A DNA stretch of 59,229 nt from the IMG/VR virus record IMGVR_UViG_3300043502_000004, positions 1-59,229 of that record. One strand, written 5' to 3'. A model generated the notes under the pieces. That model saw only the letters and a program-made list of their open reading frames with translations. It did not search any database and was not told the origin of the DNA. Below, in pieces: positions 45,314-54,640 of the stretch. The stretch's first letter is position 1; the number at the start of each line of letters is the position of its first letter. The translations under genes were made by a program, and so were the position numbers. Source of the stretch: a virus. Lineage: Duplodnaviria; Caudoviricetes.

Positions 45314-47201
45314 TGAGGAACCCTGACTTGTTCAGGTATTCGCCCAGCAGCTCGACCCGGTGCGGGATGCCGCGGGTCAACAGGGTGGAGCAGTACTGGT
45401 CGAGTGCCGCTTTGAGTCCAGTGACGTCGAGGGTCGGGTCGACCTGTTCCGCCAGGACGGTGAGGTGGTCCCAGGCCCCGTTGAGGAGTCGGACCGCGTG
45501 GTCGTCACCGTTCACTTTGATCTTGGTGTGGAACTCGTAGGCAGGGCAGGCGAACTGGTGCCGGTGGGAGTTTCCGGCCAACCTCTTCCCAGCCAGCTCC
45601 ATGGCCCGCAGGACCGTCGCGTTGGCGATGACGAACAGGTTGATAGGCGCGACCGAGGCGGACGCGGCCAGGCCCGCTGGGGCAGCGGCCGGCAGCGGGC
45701 CACCGGGTGCATTCTGGGCCTGCGACTCGACCGGCAGTGCCTGGCCTGGCACGGTGGAGATCCCGGTGGGTGGGGCCGGTGGAGGAGGCGGCCCGGCCCC
45801 ACCCTGTTGAGGAAAGACCGTGTCCGGGGGCAGCAGCTCGTCGGAGATCCCGGCCAGTTTCCGAACGGCGGGGACCTGGAACAGGTTGGCGTCACGCAGC
45901 ATCAGTTCCCGGATGAAGAGCTTGTTGTCCTCTTCCTCTTCGGGCACGTCACTGAGCTTCAGGTCGTTGAGGGTGATGACCGTTTCCCGGCTGACGATCC
46001 CTTCCTTGTACATCTCCCGGGCTTCCTTGCCCCGCTCGGGGCGCACGACCAGGGGCGCGGTGTCGTACCAGAAGACGTAGCGGTCCGGGTCCTCTTTGAT
46101 GACTTTGAGGGCCGGGATGAGGTAGGCCTTGGTGATGGCGTCACAGATCCGGGTCATCAATGGTTCGATATGAACCTTGATCTGCCCCTCCATGATTTGC
46201 CAGGCCCCCCAGTGATTAGCCTCCCCTGCTCCACTGAGGATCGAGGGGTCCACGTCCATGGAGGTGGCGAATCTACGGAGTGCTTCCTGGCGTAGCTCCA
46301 GGGCCTGGTGGCTCAGCTCGGAGCCGAACTGGATCAGGTCAATCTTCCCCAGGGCTTCCAGGGGCATCTCCACGATCATGGGGATGACTCCGGCGGCGGT
46401 GCCTTCACCTTTCAGGGACCGGGACCCAGCCTTCATGATCGCCTGGGTCAGGCCTTCGGCGCCAGGGATGTCGGCGTCCTCGTCCGGGAAGCTGACCTCC
46501 TTCGGGATGGGCAGCAGGCCCGCGGAGACAAGCCGGGAGTCGATCTGGCTAAACACGTACCGGGTCAGCCGTTCGATCTCCCACAGCATCGGCATGGCGG
46601 CCCGGGTCGGGGACTGGGCCCACATGGTGCGGCGGGGGTGCGGGGTCCAGACCCGGATGATCATGTCCGTCTCGGGGTTCAGCTTCTCCGGCTCACCGAA
46701 GTAGTTGGTCATCTCAATGACCCCGGTGCGGGTGTACTTCTTCAGCTCCGAGCAGGACAGGACGAACCACTCGTCCGACTCGGGGTCACTGGTTCCACGC
46801 CCGATGATGTACGCGTCCCCCACCAGGGTCAGGTTGATCCCCAGCAGCCGGATGGCTTCCTGCTTCTGCGTCGGCCCCCCGAACAAGGTGTCCGCCAGAC
46901 CAGCCACCTTCGGCTTGGTGCACTCCTTCTGGACCCGTCCATTCTTGTCAACCTCGGCCACATAGATACGCACCCGGGAGCAGGCCGACCCGATCCAGTC
47001 AGCCAGGAACCGCAGCTCCCCGATGACGTCGTACAGGCGCCAGATCTCCGTCTGCCAGGACTGGTCGCCGAACTTGTAGATCTGCCACGCCCGCCCCTCC
47101 AGGTTGCGTATCCGGGACGCGGAAGCCACAAGGCTTGCCCCCGAGTCGTGCACGACGTCAGGGACTGGTGCCGCGATGGCTTTACGCCGACCCAGGGCCA
47201 C
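45300..47201 (-). CDS. portal protein
   Basis: WQ.E.W..YD.IGELR, IRVW.PHP, SRL..AG, NHWGAW; SD AAGGAG. Confidence 0.88.
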   Translation of the reverse strand: MALGRRKAIAAPVPDVVHDSGASLVASASRIRNLEGRAWQIYKFGDQSWQTEIWRLYDVIGELRFLADWIGSACSRVRIYVAEVDKNGRVQKECTKPKVAGLADTLFGGPTQKQEAIRLLGINLTLVGDAYIIGRGTSDPESDEWFVLSCSELKKYTRTGVIEMTNYFGEPEKLNPETDMIIRVWTPHPRRTMWAQSPTRAAMPMLWEIERLTRYVFSQIDSRLVSAGLLPIPKEVSFPDEDADIPGAEGLTQAIMKAGSRSLKGEGTAAGVIPMIVEMPLEALGKIDLIQFGSELSHQALELRQEALRRFATSMDVDPSILSGAGEANHWGAWQIMEGQIKVHIEPLMTRICDAITKAYLIPALKVIKEDPDRYVFWYDTAPLVVRPERGKEAREMYKEGIVSRETVITLNDLKLSDVPEEEEDNKLFIRELMLRDANLFQVPAVRKLAGISDELLPPDTVFPQQGGAGPPPPPAPPTGISTVPGQALPVESQAQNAPGGPLPAAAPAGLAASASVAPINLFVIANATVLRAMELAGKRLAGNSHRHQFACPAYEFHTKIKVNGDDHAVRLLNGAWDHLTVLAEQVDPTLDVTGLKAALDQYCSTLLTRGIPHRVELLGEYLNKSGFLNATP

Positions 47202-47205
47202 AGGG

Positions 47206-47493
47206 TTACTCCTTGCTGGTGGGGTTGAGGAGTCCGGCCACATGGGACGCGGCGGGTATAGCAAGAACTGCTATGACCCAGACGTTAGGGAACAGGACAG
47301 CCACCGGCATGACCGGGAGGGCTATCCAGATACTGGTGCACCAGGGACAGTGCACCAGGTATGACATCTTCGATTCAGGACCCCAGCGTGTGACCACCCA
47401 GCGCCGGTATCCCACGGTCAGGAAGTCCTCGACGAGTAGCCGGGTAATCCGGGCTACTGCCAAGGCAGCAACGACCAGGGAAACAACGATCAC
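47206..47493 (-). CDS. DUF1360-like membrane protein
   Basis: ARITRL..ED...R, YLVHCPWCTSIW. Confidence 0.8.
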   Translation of the reverse strand: MIVVSLVVAALAVARITRLLVEDFLTVGYRRWVVTRWGPESKMSYLVHCPWCTSIWIALPVMPVAVLFPNVWVIAVLAIPAASHVAGLLNPTSKE

Positions 47494-47526
47494 GCCTTTA
47501 CTCTAAAGGCCCGTCGATCACAAGGG

Positions 47527-48966
47527 CTAGAACCCGAGTGAATCCAGCCCGTAGAGGTCCTGACTCAACTGGAAGTCGTAGTCGTAGGCATTCCCGACCC
47601 GCATCCGCTTCTTCTCCCCGGACATCAGCTTCAGGCAGGCGTGGACCATGGCGTCCATGCGGTCCGGTGACTCCTGGGTGGAGGCCGGATCGAACCGGAC
47701 CATCTCCTTCTCCAGCTCGTCGTGATACCCGACCATGTGCAGGCGCCCCTGCTGATTACGCATTGCCACCGGCTCGGCCCGCGTCTTCTTGCCGTGCTTC
47801 GCGTGCACGGATTCCAGGGGGGCGGAGGTGTGCTTCGGGAACATCCCCTTGTCCCGGCATTCCTTGTACGCGTCTTCGAGGACTTCCCGCAGGAACCTTT
47901 TACCGAGGTTCTCTTCGTACAGAACCAGGTCGGCCCGGTATTCGGCACAGGCCCGCCACACGGCCAGCGCAGCCTGCCTGCCTGATTCCGGCACGGAACA
48001 ATCAGCCAGTATGTATAGCTCGTCTTCAGTATCTCGACAGGCCACGACGATGCCGAACTTCGCATCGTTTCCGGTGAGGTTCGGGTCACAGCCCACCACC
48101 GTGGAGACGATGGCCTCCGGTACCTGATCCGAGGCCACCCGGTTCTTGGCGATGTCCGTGCGCCGGAACAGGCCACCGATACCGAGGTCCAGTAGCTTCC
48201 CGTACAGTTCCTGGTCGCCCAGCGTGGTGCCGTCGTACCGGAGCTTCATCTCGGCCAGGGCCTGGGTGCTCAGGTTGGACGCATTGTCGAACGTGGATCC
48301 CACAATGATGTGGATGGTGCCGTCAGTACGCGTAACCCACTCTTCCAGCAGAGCAATGGGCTTGGGTGTAGTGGTGACGAATGCCCGAGGATGATCTCCC
48401 ACAAGGTCAGCTCGCAGGGAAGGCAGCAGACCTTCGTACCAGGTCTCGTAAGGCTTGATCCACTTGGCCATCTCATCGCACAGGATGCCGGCGGCGTTGT
48501 ATCCACGTCCGGTGTCTGGATCGTCGGCCCCCTCCAGGTAGATCTTGGCCCCGTCCGGGAACAGGACCATGGGCCGCGGGCTCTGCTTGTACCGGTGGTC
48601 GATCTTGCGACGACGCAGCACGTTGAGCAGACCGCTGGGGCCTTCGGCGTTGATGGTCCTGGCGTCGGCCAGGGTGTCCGCCACCACCAGCCACTCGGTG
48701 GGGACCCCGTGTCGGTCAAACGGGTGCCGTAACACCCTGTCCACGATCCACTCCGAACCGGCACGACTCTTCCCGAATCCACGCCCGGCCAGGGCCAGGC
48801 AGATCAGCCACGGCAGGTTGGTCGGCGGTACCTGCTCTGGCCGGGAAGTCCACCACCACTCGCCGCGTTGTATCTCTTCGAGGACGGTGTCGGGCAGGGA
48901 GGAGACCCAGGCGACCTTCTGGTCACTGGGCAGGAGTGCGACACGTTCCTTGAGGGATAGCCCCAC
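47527..48966 (-). CDS. terminase large subunit
   Basis: AGRGFGKSR Walker A, LCDE Walker B, TTTP, GCDP, SPDRMDA. Confidence 0.95.
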   Translation of the reverse strand: MGLSLKERVALLPSDQKVAWVSSLPDTVLEEIQRGEWWWTSRPEQVPPTNLPWLICLALAGRGFGKSRAGSEWIVDRVLRHPFDRHGVPTEWLVVADTLADARTINAEGPSGLLNVLRRRKIDHRYKQSPRPMVLFPDGAKIYLEGADDPDTGRGYNAAGILCDEMAKWIKPYETWYEGLLPSLRADLVGDHPRAFVTTTPKPIALLEEWVTRTDGTIHIIVGSTFDNASNLSTQALAEMKLRYDGTTLGDQELYGKLLDLGIGGLFRRTDIAKNRVASDQVPEAIVSTVVGCDPNLTGNDAKFGIVVACRDTEDELYILADCSVPESGRQAALAVWRACAEYRADLVLYEENLGKRFLREVLEDAYKECRDKGMFPKHTSAPLESVHAKHGKKTRAEPVAMRNQQGRLHMVGYHDELEKEMVRFDPASTQESPDRMDAMVHACLKLMSGEKKRMRVGNAYDYDFQLSQDLYGLDSLGF

Positions 48967-49014
48967 GTGATCATGCTACGTCTACCCGGAGCAACCGGAA
49001 CTTCTGGACACAGC

Positions 49015-49044
49015 TTGCGCCTACCCCCCGGGGAGGGGTATCGT
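49015..49044 (+). promoter_or_regulatory. promoter with CCCCGGGG in spacer
   Basis: TTGCGC-18 nt-TATCGT, divergent from the terminase gene. Confidence 0.6.
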
Positions 49045-49121
49045 TCTGGTAGCGAGAAGCACGGTATCTAGACCGTCCCGTGTGTTCCGTCGCAGTGGGG
49101 GGTCTGCTCCCCCACTGTCAA

Positions 49122-49195
49122 GCCCGGTTGGTGTAGGTATGCACAGTGGCTCTCAAAAAGCACAAGACGTGGTTCAACTCCACGGCTGGGCACCA
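49122..49195 (+). tRNA. atypical tRNA (best fold CAA anticodon, bulged stem, short variable loop)
   Basis: GCCCGGT/GCTGGGC-A-CCA, GTGT/GCAC, GTG(G)CT-CTCAAAA-AGCAC, CGTGG-TTCAACT-CCACG. Confidence 0.75.
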
Positions 49196-49392
49196 GTGCC
49201 AGACGTACGGGCTGGCTTTAAGCTTTGACAGGTCCACAGCACCGTCTCATGTCGCCCGAACCGGGGTCGGTCCAGGGTTCGGGAGGCAAGTGCTGCTCCG
49301 TGGGGATCTTGGTGATCTCCCTAGGACCACTGATCACCTGTGTGGGGTCGGGCTTTCACCTCTCTGGGGCCCGGCCCCCACGAACTTCACGG

Positions 49393-49475
49393 GTCAGAGT
49401 GGCGGAACGGTAGACGCGCCAGCTTGAGGTGCTGGTGTCCTGACGGACGTGGGGGTTCGAGTCCCCCCTTTGACA
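49393..49475 (+). tRNA. tRNA-Leu(GAG)
   Basis: GTCAGAG/CTTTGAC-A, CCAGC-TTGAGGT-GCTGG, variable arm GTCC-TGAC-GGAC, GGGGG-TTCGAGT-CCCCC. Confidence 0.95.
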
Positions 49476-49492
49476 CCCTGGATCCCATCCAG

Positions 49493-49532
49493 AAAAAGAA
49501 CCCCCCTGTTGCTGGCAGGGGGGTTCTTTTTT
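49493..49532. terminator. bidirectional intrinsic terminator
   Basis: AAAAAGAACCCCCCTG/CAGGGGGGTTCTTTTT. Confidence 0.9.
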
Positions 49533-49561
49533 GTCGGACCTGTGGTCTATGGTGATCTCTC

Positions 49562-49990
49562 GTGAGAGGGGGGCCTGTGGAGCCTGACACTGAGATTGAA
49601 GCCTACGGTCGGTACGCCTGGGAGAACGGTGAGCTGAAGGCGATGCGGGAACGCCTCGGCCTGTCCCACAACGCCATGGCCGAGTTCCTGGGCACGTCTC
49701 AGGCCACGTACAAGACGTGGGAGTCCGGCCAGGTCGCCGTGTACCGCAGCACCTGTCAGCGGATCGGACGCTTCCTCCTCCTGGCCCGACGCCAGCTGGA
49801 CTACCTGGCCGAGTACGACTGTGACGTGTCGACCTTGACCCCGTTGCACAAGGTGGCCGGGCAACTGGGCGTGCCCCACGAGATCCTGATGGCCCGCTAC
49901 CGCGATGGCCTGTTCAGCGCTGACGACCTGGGGATCCTGGGCCTGTGGGTGGACCGGGAAGACCTGGCCCTGATCGCTGAAGTCGTATGA
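49562..49990 (+). CDS. XRE-family HTH protein
   Basis: LKAMRERLGLSHNAMAEFLGTSQATYKTWESG. Confidence 0.85.
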   Translation: MRGGPVEPDTEIEAYGRYAWENGELKAMRERLGLSHNAMAEFLGTSQATYKTWESGQVAVYRSTCQRIGRFLLLARRQLDYLAEYDCDVSTLTPLHKVAGQLGVPHEILMARYRDGLFSADDLGILGLWVDREDLALIAEVV

Positions 49991-50145
49991 GCGAGAAGGC
50001 CTGCGCCCCGATCCCGTGTCCCTCCTTCGAGGAGGTGGAGCTGATCGTCACTGCTGTCTGTGACTGCCTCGGACGCCTGCCTCCCGGCGAGCTGTACGCC
50101 CCAGGTTGCCGGGTCCATGACCCGGCCGAGGTGGACCAGTCGTGA
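49987..50145 (+). CDS. small Cys-rich protein (52 aa, not in ORF track)
   Basis: Coupled on both sides; CDC...CRVH. Confidence 0.55.
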   Translation: MSEKACAPIPCPSFEEVELIVTAVCDCLGRLPPGELYAPGCRVHDPAEVDQS

Positions 50146-50978
50146 CTGACTGCGTCGCCTGTGGCGGTGTCCTCAACCCAGTGCTGGCCCCGGCGGTCAT
50201 CCACCCGAGCTGTCTCATGGTGGAGGAGCCGGACGGCGGGGACTCGTTCTCGTCTCTGCTCAAGCAGCAGTTGACGGACATCATCCGCTGGTACGACGGG
50301 GAGAACCCGCGGTCCAAGCAGCAGGCCATCGGACCCTCGGAGATCGGGGACCCGTGTGACCGGCGCCTGGGCATGCGACTGGCCGATGTGCCACCGGTCA
50401 ACACCCGGTTCGACCCGTGGGCCGGGATTGTGGGCACTGCCCTGCACTCCTGGCTGGAGAAGGCGGTCACGGCCTGGGGCAAGGAGCAGGGGTCGGAGGA
50501 CTGGCACACGGAGACGACGCTGATCCTGAACGAGTTCATTGAGGGTCACGCTGACCTGTACAACGTGGAACACAAGGCGGTCATTGACTGGAAGTCAGCG
50601 TCGAAGGACGTGATTCGGATGTCCGAGTTGCACGGTCCTTCACCTGGCTACATGATCCAGACTCACCTGTATGGGTACATGTTCGAACAGGCCGGCATCC
50701 CCGTGGAAAGGGTGGCCCTCGTCTTCCTTCCCCGGGCCGGCTGGCTCCGGGAAATGTACGTGTGGTCCGCTCCTTATGAGCGGGATGTGGCTGAGAATGC
50801 ACTCAGTCGCCTGTACCGAATTGCGCAACAGGTCGTGGATCTGGACGTATTGACGCAGAGTCATAGGTGGGAGCAGGTTGACCACACTCCTGGCAAAGGG
50901 TGTGCCTTCTGCCCCTGGTTCGACTCTCACCGAGACCCGGAAAGGGCAGCCGATGACACGGGTTGTCCTGGCAACTAA
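50142..50978 (+). CDS. Cas4/RecB-like PD-(D/E)xK exonuclease
   Basis: GPSEIG..C.R, GTALH, GHADL, IDWK, Q.HLY, C.FCP...C. Confidence 0.88.
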   Translation: MTDCVACGGVLNPVLAPAVIHPSCLMVEEPDGGDSFSSLLKQQLTDIIRWYDGENPRSKQQAIGPSEIGDPCDRRLGMRLADVPPVNTRFDPWAGIVGTALHSWLEKAVTAWGKEQGSEDWHTETTLILNEFIEGHADLYNVEHKAVIDWKSASKDVIRMSELHGPSPGYMIQTHLYGYMFEQAGIPVERVALVFLPRAGWLREMYVWSAPYERDVAENALSRLYRIAQQVVDLDVLTQSHRWEQVDHTPGKGCAFCPWFDSHRDPERAADDTGCPGN

Positions 50979-51003
50979 CAAGAGATGGGGAAGGGGGTGG
51001 AGG

Positions 51004-51270
51004 ATGAACGAGGAACTGATCTCTGAACTCTCCGAGGCGATGAAGCGTCGGGAGAAGGCGCAGGCTGCGGTCGCTCGCTGGACCGATCAGCTGAATGACG
51101 CCAACGAGGACATCAAGGAACTGTCGGGCCGTATCACGGCGGCGGCAGAAGACGATGAAGTTGACGAGGAAGAAGACGCGGAACCTGAGGTGGAGAGCGC
51201 CGGTGTTGAGGCGCCGTACTACCACGACGAGGAGCCGCGGTTCTTCCAACCAGCACCGGTACCGGAGTAG
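51004..51270 (+). CDS. acidic coiled-coil protein
   Basis: SD GGAGG. Confidence 0.65.
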   Translation: MNEELISELSEAMKRREKAQAAVARWTDQLNDANEDIKELSGRITAAAEDDEVDEEEDAEPEVESAGVEAPYYHDEEPRFFQPAPVPE

Positions 51271-51286
51271 GAACAGGAGCAGGCAC

Positions 51287-51928
51287 ATGGCATTTGAAGT
51301 GGATGACCCTGGAGCTGGCGGTGAATACCTGGACCCCAAGGGGATCTTGGGCCACCTCCTGGCTGTCTGGGCGATCAGGTACATCGAGCACTCTCCGACC
51401 CGGCACTCGGTCCCGGGGCGCAACTCGGATGTGATCGTGGTGGACGGGGTCGACCTGGACCAGGTCGACTCGGACGGGTACGAGGGCGTGATCGGGCGCA
51501 ACTCGTGGTGGCGCCAATCTCGGTTGATCATGGTTCTGAAGAAGCGGGTCGGGCTCCCCAATCCGATCTTGATTCGGTTGAGTAAAGGCACCCAGTCCAA
51601 CTCTCCGTACGAGCTGCACACGCAGAGCGCGGACAAGGAGGCGATGAGTCGCTTCCGGGCCTGGTGCGAGCGCAACCCGGACTTCGTGCCCTCGTCCCCG
51701 GGCGAGGTCGAAGCCAACCCGGTCCAGCCACAGACAGTGGCGCCGCTGACACAGAAAGCCTGGGGCGGCGGTCCTGGACCACAGACCCGGATCGAGGAGA
51801 CGCCGCTGGAGGCTCAGGCACGCCTGGCCCAGCAGCCAGCCCCGACGTCCGATGTCCTGGCCCGCTTGCGTGGCCTGGGCAAGGTCAACCACCAGGATCA
51901 GCCTCAGAATGAGGAGATCCCGTTCTGA
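51287..51928 (+). CDS. ssDNA-binding protein-like
   Basis: In the replication module; C-terminal EEIPF tail. Confidence 0.6.
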   Translation: MAFEVDDPGAGGEYLDPKGILGHLLAVWAIRYIEHSPTRHSVPGRNSDVIVVDGVDLDQVDSDGYEGVIGRNSWWRQSRLIMVLKKRVGLPNPILIRLSKGTQSNSPYELHTQSADKEAMSRFRAWCERNPDFVPSSPGEVEANPVQPQTVAPLTQKAWGGGPGPQTRIEETPLEAQARLAQQPAPTSDVLARLRGLGKVNHQDQPQNEEIPF

Positions 51929-52115
51929 AATCCCCCAGGGTTGATGGTCAACTGAATATCGATCTATGGGACTGTATCGATGGGTTTGTCAAGCCCCTGG
52001 TGTAGTCGAAGGACAGGTGGCAGTCTGGGTTCACCTGACTTGGGACACGGTTAAGGGGACCCCCGCAGGCTTTTTGGCTCAGCTATTCGGGGGCCCCCCC
52101 TAGAAAGGAACCGAG

Positions 52116-54563
52116 ATGAACGTAGCAGAAGTTGCCCGGATCTGGCAAGCATCCGGGGTCTCGGTTATCCCAATCCTGGCCAACCAGACCAAGCGCCCGG
52201 CGATCCGCTGGAGCCCGTACATCGCGACCGCCCCGACCCTGGACGAGGTCCATGACTGGTGGGGCAACGGCAAGACCTGGGGCCTTGCCCTGATCTGCGG
52301 CGGTGTGTCCGGCGGCCTGGAGATGTGCGAGATCGAGGGTCGTGCCCTCGATGGGAAGTCCATGACCGAGGTCATGAACCGCATGGACGAGACTGGGGCT
52401 CGCCACATCTGGGAACTCCTCTCCGGCCCGGAAGGGTTCACTGAAACCTCCCCCTCTGGAGGTCTGCACTTTCTGTACCGTATCTCGGACCACGAGGTAC
52501 CTGGGAACACCAAGATCGCCCAGAAGGCTCGTGACGAGGAAGGTAACCGTCTGTGCCTAGTCGAAACACGTGGCCACGGCGGCTACGTGATCACCGCGCC
52601 AACGAGCGGTATCTGTCATCCCTCCGGCGAAGCCTGGCAGCTGCTTCAGGGTCAGTACGGGAAACTCCCAGTGATCACGTGGCAGGAGCGCAACCTGTTC
52701 CACCAGGCCCTCCAGCTGGCCTTGGACGAGACTCCGGCCCCGCCCTCGTCGCCTATTGCAGCTACTGCGACCGGGACCTCTTTGCTGCCGTTCACTCCTG
52801 GTGGTGCCCCCAGCGTCCACGGCCTGAGTCCCGGTGACGACTTCGAGGCCCGGGTCGACTGGCACGACATCCTGGCCCCCTCCGGCTGGCGGGTGTCCCA
52901 CAAAGGCCCCGGCAACGAGCGGCACTGGACCCGACCGGGCAAGGAGATGCGGGACGGCACCTCAGCCACCACGGGCCGGGCGAATGACCGGGACCGGCTG
53001 TACGTGTTCAGCACCTCGACCGAGTTCGAGGCCGAGGTCCCGTACACCAAGTTCGGTGCCTACGCCCTGCTGAATCATGGCGGGGATCATCACGCTGCCG
53101 CCCAGTCCCTGGTCCGGCTGGGATATGGGGATCGTCTGCCCCCGGTCACAGTCGACGTGGACGAAGTGATGATGCCCAGGAACGTGGCTACGGCCCCAGA
53201 GCCTGAAGAGTTCACCTTCGATGACCTGGGCAACGCGATGCGGTTCAAGCGCTACGTGGAGGGCCGGTACCGCTGGATCTACGAGGAGAAGAAGTGGTAC
53301 CGGTGGGACGGGATCCGCTGGGTCCAGGACCACGGCGACAGCATCGTCACTGAGTTCACGAAGATGACCATCGGCCTGATGAAAGAGGCCAAGGCGAACG
53401 GTGACCAGGAGCTGCTGAAGTGGGCCAAGGCGTGTCGACACAGTCGACGCGTGAATGCGGCCATCACCTTCTCCAGGGCCTTCGGCCTCACCTTCTCCTC
53501 CAGCGAGTGGGGACCGAACCGGAATCTGCTGAACCTCCCCAACGGCACCATGGATCTTCACTCCGGCGAACTGTTGCCGCACGACAAGGACAACCTCCAG
53601 GTGCACCTGGCCGGCGCGGAGTTCGAGCCGGAGGCCGAGTGCCCGAAGTTCGAGGAGTTCATGGAGGCCGCCGTCCCGGACCCGGGGATGCGCACCTACG
53701 TCCAGCGGGCGCTGGGGTACTCCATGCTGGGGGACGCTGACCAGCGGGCCCTGTTCGTGCTCTACGGCCCCTCGGGCACGGGCAAGTCCACGCTGGTGGA
53801 GACCATGCAGCACGTGTTCGGTTCCTACGGCACCACGGCTCAGGCCGGGACGTTCCGCAGCATCAGGAACGAGAAGACCCCGACCAATGACCTGCACGAG
53901 CTACGCGGGCGCCGGTTCGTCACCAGCTCGGAGACAGCCGAAGGTGCCAACTTCGACGAGGAGCTGTTGAAGCGACTGACCGGGCGCGACCAGGTCAGGT
54001 CCCGGGCTCTGTACCAGGAGTCTCAGGAGTGGGTACCGGAGTGCACCCTGTGGCTGGCGACCAACAACGCACCCCGGTTCAACTCTGACGACAACGCCAT
54101 CTGGTCCCGGGTGAAGTTGATCCCGCTGACCACGGTGTTCCTGGGCCAGGATCAGGTCTTTGACTACGCCCGTACTGTCCTGGCCCCAGAGGCGGCCGGG
54201 ATCTTCAACTGGCTCCTGGAGGGGTTGCGGCAGTTCCTGGCCCACGGCCTGGGGGAACCGACGCAGCTGACCCAGCTGACCGCGGATCACCGGGTCAGTT
54301 CCGATTCGGTGGCCCGGTTTGTGGCCGACAAGCTGGCCGATGGGTCCTATGTGGAGAGTGGCCGGATCAAGGCCAACGACATCTACCTCGGGTACGCGGA
54401 ATGGTGCCGGCAGGTGGGTGAGCGGAGCCTCGGGTCGCGCCGGTTCATGTTCCGCATGGAGTCGGCGATGCCGCAGTACACGAAGATCAGGGACGAGTCA
54501 GGGACGTGGATCTATCAGGGCCTGTCCCGGCCGGTGACCCAGTGGCTCCAGTCGGTGTCGTAA
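52116..54563 (+). CDS. bifunctional primase-polymerase / SF3 (D5-like) helicase
   Basis: SPSGGLH, ETRG.GGYV..APT, YGPSGTGKST, LKRLTG.D, ATNN.P. Confidence 0.93.
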   Translation: MNVAEVARIWQASGVSVIPILANQTKRPAIRWSPYIATAPTLDEVHDWWGNGKTWGLALICGGVSGGLEMCEIEGRALDGKSMTEVMNRMDETGARHIWELLSGPEGFTETSPSGGLHFLYRISDHEVPGNTKIAQKARDEEGNRLCLVETRGHGGYVITAPTSGICHPSGEAWQLLQGQYGKLPVITWQERNLFHQALQLALDETPAPPSSPIAATATGTSLLPFTPGGAPSVHGLSPGDDFEARVDWHDILAPSGWRVSHKGPGNERHWTRPGKEMRDGTSATTGRANDRDRLYVFSTSTEFEAEVPYTKFGAYALLNHGGDHHAAAQSLVRLGYGDRLPPVTVDVDEVMMPRNVATAPEPEEFTFDDLGNAMRFKRYVEGRYRWIYEEKKWYRWDGIRWVQDHGDSIVTEFTKMTIGLMKEAKANGDQELLKWAKACRHSRRVNAAITFSRAFGLTFSSSEWGPNRNLLNLPNGTMDLHSGELLPHDKDNLQVHLAGAEFEPEAECPKFEEFMEAAVPDPGMRTYVQRALGYSMLGDADQRALFVLYGPSGTGKSTLVETMQHVFGSYGTTAQAGTFRSIRNEKTPTNDLHELRGRRFVTSSETAEGANFDEELLKRLTGRDQVRSRALYQESQEWVPECTLWLATNNAPRFNSDDNAIWSRVKLIPLTTVFLGQDQVFDYARTVLAPEAAGIFNWLLEGLRQFLAHGLGEPTQLTQLTADHRVSSDSVARFVADKLADGSYVESGRIKANDIYLGYAEWCRQVGERSLGSRRFMFRMESAMPQYTKIRDESGTWIYQGLSRPVTQWLQSVS

Positions 54564-54570
54564 CCAGGAT

Positions 54571-54623
54571 TTGACGAGTTCTCGGATTGTGCTACAGTTT
54601 CTCCATACCCCCCCCTGGGGGTA
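54571..54623 (+). promoter_or_regulatory. promoter followed by C/G-run palindrome
   Basis: TTGACG-16 nt-TACAGT, then TACCCCCCCCTGGGGGTA. Confidence 0.5.
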
Positions 54624-54640
54624 AAGAGAGGAGGAACTCT

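Noticed and set aside
49196-49260. Theta (HDV-like) ribozyme after the tRNA
   Set aside because: I could not build the nested double pseudoknot by eye; only simple hairpins
49393-49475. attP/attL prophage boundary at tRNA-Leu
   Set aside because: No integrase or duplicated tRNA 3' end noticed; phage genes on both sides
50142-50978. CRISPR-Cas system
   Set aside because: Solo Cas4-like nuclease in a replication module; no repeat-spacer array or other cas genes seen
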